Assembly (NCBI GenBank): GCA_963665215.2
Contig: CAXXWW010000003.1
Location: 94,526-158,525, forward strand
Direction: 5' to 3'
From: Dehalococcoidia bacterium
GTDB taxonomy: Bacteria > Chloroflexota > Dehalococcoidia > Lucifugimonadales > CAUZJF01
DNA: 64,000 nt
Notes under the pieces: generated by a model
Databases searched by the model: none
What the model saw: only the letters and a program-made list of their open reading frames with translations
What the model was told of the DNA's origin: nothing
Shown here: one piece after another, positions 59,312 through 64,000 of the stretch
Position numbering within the stretch: position 1 is the stretch's first letter
Layout of the letters: each line of letters begins with the position of its first letter
Made by a program: the position numbers and the translations under genes

Positions 59312-60141
59312 TTAGGCCGCCGCGGACTCGGCAGGCGCTCTGTCAAAGAACTGGTCCGGCGTCATTCCCCCAAGGCTCGAATGGGGCCGTCCGGCATTGT
59401 AAAACTCGAAGTACCGCCCGAGTCCAGTTCTGGCTTCCGGGACCGATTCGTAGGCTCTCAGGTACACCTCCTCGTACTTGACGCTCTTCCACAGCCGTTC
59501 GACGAACACATTATCCTTCCAGCTTCCCTTCCCGTCCATGCTGATCTGGATCCCATTGGCTTTCAGCAGGCCGGTGAAGGCGTCACTTGTGAACTGGCTT
59601 CCCTGATCTGTGTTGAATATCTCCGGCGCGCCGTGGCGTCCCAGGGATTCTTCGAGCGCCTCCACGCAGAAGTCTGTGTCCATTGTGACCGATACCCGCC
59701 AGGCCAGCACCTTGCGGCTATGCCAGTCCATCACTGCGGCTAGGTACACGAACCCCCTGGCCATCGGAATGTACGTGATATCCATTGCCCACACCTGGTT
59801 GGGCCTGCTCACCTCAAGCCCGCGCAGCAGGTACGGATACACCGTATGGCCGGGCCCCGTCGCCGGCTGGTGTTGGGCTTGCGGTACAGCGCCTCGATGC
59901 CCATCCGCCGCATCAGTGTGGCGATGTGTCTACGCCCGGAGGAGAGTCCCTCCTGGCGGAGCAGGCCTCGCATCATCCTACTGCCTGCAAACGGATACTC
60001 AAGGTGCAGCTCATCGATGCGGCGCATCAGCCCGAGACCGGCTTCGCCCACCGGCCGTGGCCGGTAGTAGATGCTCCCGCGGCTGATGCCCACTGCCTTT
60101 GCCTGGCGGGCGAGAGGCAGCTTGTGATCGCGGTCGATCAT
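59312..60141 (-). pseudogene. IS3-family orfB (DDE integrase domain) with an extra internal frameshift
   Basis: MIDRDHKLPLARQ...YRKPNTS then changes frame near 59880 to ..PATGPGHTVYPYLLRGLEVSRPNQVWAMDITYIPM...DQGSQFTS... Confidence 0.75.
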
Positions 60142-60443
60142 CGCCTTGCGCCCGGCAATCCCGCCTTCGTGAGCGCGGCCTCTAAAAAATCGTTCTCCAA
60201 CGCAAGCTCACCGATCTTAGCGTGAAGGACCTTCATATCTACCGGCTTTTCAGCCTGCCCTGTCCCGGACCCAAATAACTGCGCCGCCCGATCCAGCAAC
60301 TGGGTCTTCCATTGCGTGATCTGGTTCGGGTGCACATCGAACTGGCTTGCCAGCTCCGAAAGTGTCCGATCGCCGCGCACTGCGGCAAGAGCCACCTTCG
60401 ACTTGAACTCTGCCGAGTGGTTACGGCGGGGTCGTCTGCTCAT
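60138..60443 (-). CDS. IS3-family orfA (HTH)
   Basis: MSRRPRRNHSAEFKSKVALAAVRGDRTLSELASQFDVHPNQITQWK... A candidate slippery heptamer U UUU UUA lies at about 60186-60192. Confidence 0.8.
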   Translation of the reverse strand: MSRRPRRNHSAEFKSKVALAAVRGDRTLSELASQFDVHPNQITQWKTQLLDRAAQLFGSGTGQAEKPVDMKVLHAKIGELALENDFLEAALTKAGLPGARR

Positions 60444-60726
60444 CTCTCGCTCCTGTCTCCGAGAGCACTATCATGCCCTCAATCAGGCAGCGATTCCACT
60501 TATCCCCCTGTTCAGATTTCCGGAGCCACTTCTCTAACACCGCGCAACTCAAACGCCTTCTGTATGTTCATCCAAAGTCGCCGTTGGTGAATCCCAATCT
60601 ATATGTGATACTTGTACCATAGCTTTTGGCCGTGTCAATGACTAAATTCAGTCTTTTTCTTAGCTGTCGACGACATACACGGCATACGAGGCCAAGATGA
60701 CCTGGAGGCGGAATCGTTGGGAGTGG

Positions 60727-61325
60727 CTAGAGCAGACCGGAATGCTGGGCGGAGATCACTGCGGCTAGTGTGGATTTCACATGCAGCTTCTTGCGAGCGT
60801 TGCGGACATGGTTGAGGACGGTGTGAGGACTCAGGCCGAACTCGTCGGCGATCTCTTTGGTCTCCAGCCCCAAAGCCACCAAGCGCAAAACTTCCAACTC
60901 GCGGCCAGTAAGGGGACCAGCTGCGCGGCGGGTCGAGTCGGTGGTCAAGTCCGTTGGCACGGCTGGGGACTTCCCTTCAGAGAACACACTCTGGACGGTT
61001 GCAGCGACTCTTGTGGCCCGTGCTTCATCTAGGTTCGCATTGAACAGGTGTACTAGCAGCGTCTGATCCGAGTGGGCCATCGGGATGATCAGAGGGGTTA
61101 CCATGATCTCTTTTCGTGTGCCTGACGCGCACCGCGCTCGGACACAGGTTACCGGCGGGACACGTCGTTCTCTGGCGAGCCGGATAGAAGGGCAGCCTTC
61201 CATGCAGACCGGCGTCGAACCTTCCGGGGGAAGGTTCTGCAATACCTCGTAGCATCGCCGCCCGATCACCTGGGACGCTTTGTGCCCGAGAATCTGCTCG
61301 GCGCTGCGGTTCCAGAAGACGATGG
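60727..61325 (-). pseudogene. PAS-domain / LuxR(GerE)-type HTH regulator gene, 5'-truncated by IS256 copy E
   Basis: ..IVFWNRSAEQILGHKASQVIGRRCYEVL.. (PAS) and LTGRELEVLRLVALGLETKEIADEFGLSPHTVLNHVRNARKKL (LuxR HTH). The apparent start codon lies inside the IS. Confidence 0.7.
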
Positions 61326-62694
61326 GAGGTATCTTCAAAAAGTGTGTAAACAGTCAGGCGGTGTACCCTCTCTCTGAACAACACGGGCTCGAGGCCCAAG
61401 AGAGGAGATAGACCGCCCATGAGGAAGGAAAGCACTGAGAGTAGGTCGGAGTCAAGGCCGGAGTGGGAGCAGTTGGAGGATTGGGTGCGAAGCCAGGTCC
61501 AGAGGCTGATCCAGGAGTTGCTGGAGGAGGAGGTGACGGCGTTTCTGGGAAGGGCGAAGTCGGCGCTCAGATCCGACTCGGACTCAGATACCGGCTATCG
61601 GAACGGATACGGCAGAGCCCGGAGGCTTACGCTGAGTTCGGGAACGATACAGCTGAGGCGGCCGCGAGTCCGCGATACCGAGGAGCAGTTCGAGAGCCGG
61701 CTGCTGCCGCTGTTCGTCAACAGGACCAGGAAGGTTGCTGAGTTGATCCCCGAGCTGTACCTGCACGGTCTATCCGAAGGCGACTTCGATCTGGCTTTGC
61801 GGGGGCTGCTGGGAGAGGACGCACCGGTATCGGCGAGCACGGTGGCCCGGTTGAAGGATAAGTGGAACGATGAGCTTGCCCAATGGCGCAGCCGGCCCCT
61901 CGATGACCTGGAAGTGGTCTACATGTGGGTGGATGGAGTCTACGTCAAGGCTGGTCTTGAGAAGGAGAAGGCGGCGGTACTGGTGGTGATGGCGGCCCTG
62001 AGCGACGGGAGCAAGGTGGTGGTGAGCGCTGTTCCCGGATACAGGGAGTCCACAGAGAACTGGTCCGAGGTGCTCAGGGACATCAAGCGCCGGGGCTTGA
62101 GCTGCCCGAGGCTGGTGGTTGGAGACGGACACCTGGGCATCTGGGGAGCTCTGCGCAACGTCTATCCGCAGGCGGCAGAGCAACGCTGCTGGAACCACAA
62201 GATCGTAAACGTGCTCGCCAAGCTTCCAAAGCGACAACAGGACCAGGCCAAGCTCATGCTGCGTACTATCCCCTACGCGCCGACTCGGACAGAGGCTGAG
62301 CGGCTCAGGACGGTGTTCACCAGGTGGTGCGGCGACCATTCCTACGAGGCGGCCTCAGAGGCCTTGGAGCGGGACTGGGAACCGCATGGTCACCTTCTAT
62401 GACTTCCCAAAGGAGCACTGGGGGCACCTTCGCACGACGAACCCGGTAGAATCACCCTTCGCGGCTCTCAGGCTTCGGACCGATGCCGCCAAGCGCTACA
62501 AGAGGGTCGATCGGGCGATAGCGGTGATCTGGAAAATGTTGATGGTCGCCGAACAGCGCTTCAGGCGTCTGAAGGCCCCTGAGTTGATCGAAGACGTCTA
62601 TCTCGGTGCACAGTATGCGGATGGAATCGCCATTGAATCAACGGCTGAGAAGGTCGCCGCCTGATGTCGTTTACACACCTATTGACGTAACTTC
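61326..62694 (+). mobile_element. IS256-family insertion sequence, copy E (1369 bp; mutated)
   Basis: One extra A at about 62380-62381 and a T-for-C change in the terminal repeat (..GTAACTTC). The flanks GACGATGG and TACAGCGT do not match. Confidence 0.9.
61419..62664 (+). pseudogene. IS256-family transposase gene, frameshifted
   Basis: GGGACTGGGAACCGCATGG here versus GGGACTGGGACCGCATGG in the other copies splits the ORF into 327-aa and 92-aa pieces. Confidence 0.9.
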
Positions 62695-62783
62695 TACAGC
62701 GTTGGGTAAGGTGCGTCAGCTGCGGCAAAACCCCGGCTGGCGCGTCGGCGTATTAGGTACTAGAGATATCTGGAGGGGGCTCC

Positions 62784-63604
62784 ATGAACCAGAAGGTGCT
62801 GTTCAGCCTTGCGAGAGCCTTGAAAGTGTACTTCAATCACGCAGTCGTCGTCGGACTGCTAGTGCTTCTAGCTGCCTGCGCCTCTGCTCCGGCTTCCCCG
62901 AGCGGCGACGAGGTGTTGCCCAATGCAGGAGCAGAACCTACGGAGGCAGCCGCTCAATCCCCGAGTGGCGACGAGGTGTTGCCCAATGCGGGAACAGAAC
63001 CTACGGAGGCAGCCGCTCAATCCTCTAGCGGCGCTTCCCCGAGCGGCGGCGAGGTGTTGCCCAACGTCAGTATGAGTGAACCCACCCCAATTAACGCCGG
63101 AACCGAACCTCCGAGTCCCGGTGGTGCGCCAGCGTCCTGCGATCCGGATTATGTAGCGGCCAAAGTAGCGGCCAAATCCCCTGGCTTTTTTGACGCTGAC
63201 CTTCATCTTGTAGGTGATGGACAAGGCAATCCCATTTTGGACGTTGGAGTCGACACACTTGTGTTCGTGGCAAGGTATAAGCCTAATGGTAGCGGAGGGA
63301 TCGGCATTAGGACCGGAGTGATCGTTGATTCTGACGGTCATGTGATGACCGTTATGGGTCGAGTTACGCAGGACCTGTGTACTGTAATCGCGGTACCGAG
63401 GAGAGGGAGCTTTAGGGGGACAATGCTCCGCACTGATGTCTTAACAGGTGCGCGTATTTTCGCGACCGAAGGTACTACTGCCTTGCCCTCGGCAGAATTT
63501 GGGAGTGGTGCGAGCCTAGCCACCGGGCAGAAGGTTGTGAGCTACCAGAAAAGGGCTATCACACAGCCTTGGACTGCCGTGCCGGGAACTGCACGCTCGC
63601 TTAA
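62784..63604 (+). pseudogene. Lipoprotein with tandem 21-aa repeats and a trypsin/HtrA-like region, 3'-truncated by IS1380 copy 5
   Basis: Lipobox LLAAC. Repeats SPSGDEVLPNAG(A/T)EPTEAAAQS. Later GIRTGVIVDSDGHVMTV is reminiscent of S1 proteases. The reading frame runs into the IS end at 63605. Confidence 0.55.
62896..63070 (+). repeat. 63-bp tandem repeat (2 full units plus a partial third)
   Basis: Units start at 62896 and 62959 (CCCCGAG(C/T)GGCGACGAGGTGTTGCCCAATGC...). The partial unit starts at 63037. Confidence 0.85.
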
Positions 63605-64000
63605 CCCGAATCCACCGAAGGAGGGCGTCGGGTTAGCGTCCTGAGGCGGCAAGAAGGTGCTCCTGTGCTTCTGGGATAATGGTTTTGTAGCAAAAAAACG
63701 GCCCCGGAAAAGGAGCACCCAGTAGATGCTGCCACGCAACCACCCCGACCGGATCCAAATCACCTTCGACGACCGCCGCTTGGTGGCCAATGCCGGGCTG
63801 CTCCTTCCGGCCACCCTGGCGCGCGGCCCGAACTCTCGCGCCTCGCCCGAACTCGTCCGGCAGCGCCTCGACCTGGGCGATGCCCCGGGGCGGGCGAACA
63901 CGAGCGACAAGATGATGACGCTGGTGGCGTCTGCGCTGGCTGGGGGCGACTGCATTGACGACGCCGATGTGTTGCGCACCGGGGGGACGGCCTGCACCCT
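63605..64000 (+). mobile_element. IS1380-family insertion sequence, copy 5 (partial; continues past the window end)
   Basis: Starts with the same CCCGAATCCACCGAAGGAGGGCG end. The left flank is CTTAA. Confidence 0.85.
63726..64000 (+). CDS. IS1380-family transposase, N-terminal part (variant allele)
   Basis: MLPRNHPDRIQITFDDRRLVANAGLLLPATLARGPNSRASPELVRQ... Carries a net +9-nt patch relative to the other copies (ARHLGLPELV). Confidence 0.85.
   Translation, partial: MLPRNHPDRIQITFDDRRLVANAGLLLPATLARGPNSRASPELVRQRLDLGDAPGRANTSDKMMTLVASALAGGDCIDDADVLRTGGTACT

Larger units (their letters stand above)
59285..60505 (-). mobile_element. IS3-family element (boundaries approximate)
   Basis: Terminal repeats TGATAAGTGGAATCGCGCTGCC (from 59285) and GGCAGCGATTCCACTTATCC (ending at 60505). 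orfA plus orfB organisation. Confidence 0.7.

Overview
High-GC bacterial DNA (roughly 60-65% GC by eye; the taxon cannot be determined from this window). About one third of it is insertion-sequence DNA, so it reads as a plasticity zone. Mobile elements found: five IS256-family copies (four of 1368 bp, one of 1369 bp carrying a frameshift), three identical 1719-bp IS1380-family copies, a fourth copy cut by the window end, and a diverged 1691-bp relative. There are also two identical 1237-bp IS630-family copies, one IS110-family element, one IS3-family element, a decayed second IS256-type element, and remnants of IS1182/IS5-like, IS1380-like, IS481-like and HTH-transposase genes. Many insertions can be reconstructed to the base, giving target duplications and the interrupted host genes. 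Housekeeping or catabolic genes between the IS elements: 3.7-18.3 kb (sugar-phosphate isomerase/epimerases, Gfo/Idh/MocA and MDR dehydrogenases, M20 peptidase, quinone oxidoreductase, a large PHP-like metallohydrolase) and 23.7-25.4 kb. Accessory content: a more AT-rich islet with a beta-class DNA methyltransferase fused to an Mrr-like nuclease domain; a YhaO/YhaN-type (SbcCD-like) nuclease/ATPase pair; and scattered pieces of an integrative element (large serine recombinase, NYN protein, truncated PAPS-reductase-like, DUF2958-like and SNF2-like helicase genes). Most interesting observations: (1) a TlpA-like lipoprotein whose WCxxC cysteine codon is TGA with a SECIS-like hairpin just downstream (candidate selenoprotein); (2) a G8 tract exactly at the frame switch of a secreted-protein gene; (3) stop-in-Shine-Dalgarno coupling of the methyltransferase to an unannotated 42-aa AT-hook micro-ORF; (4) an A9 recoding run conserved in both IS630 copies; (5) a 66-bp internal IS256 fragment embedded in an unrelated gene. 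All family calls rest on motif recognition by eye. No searches were run.
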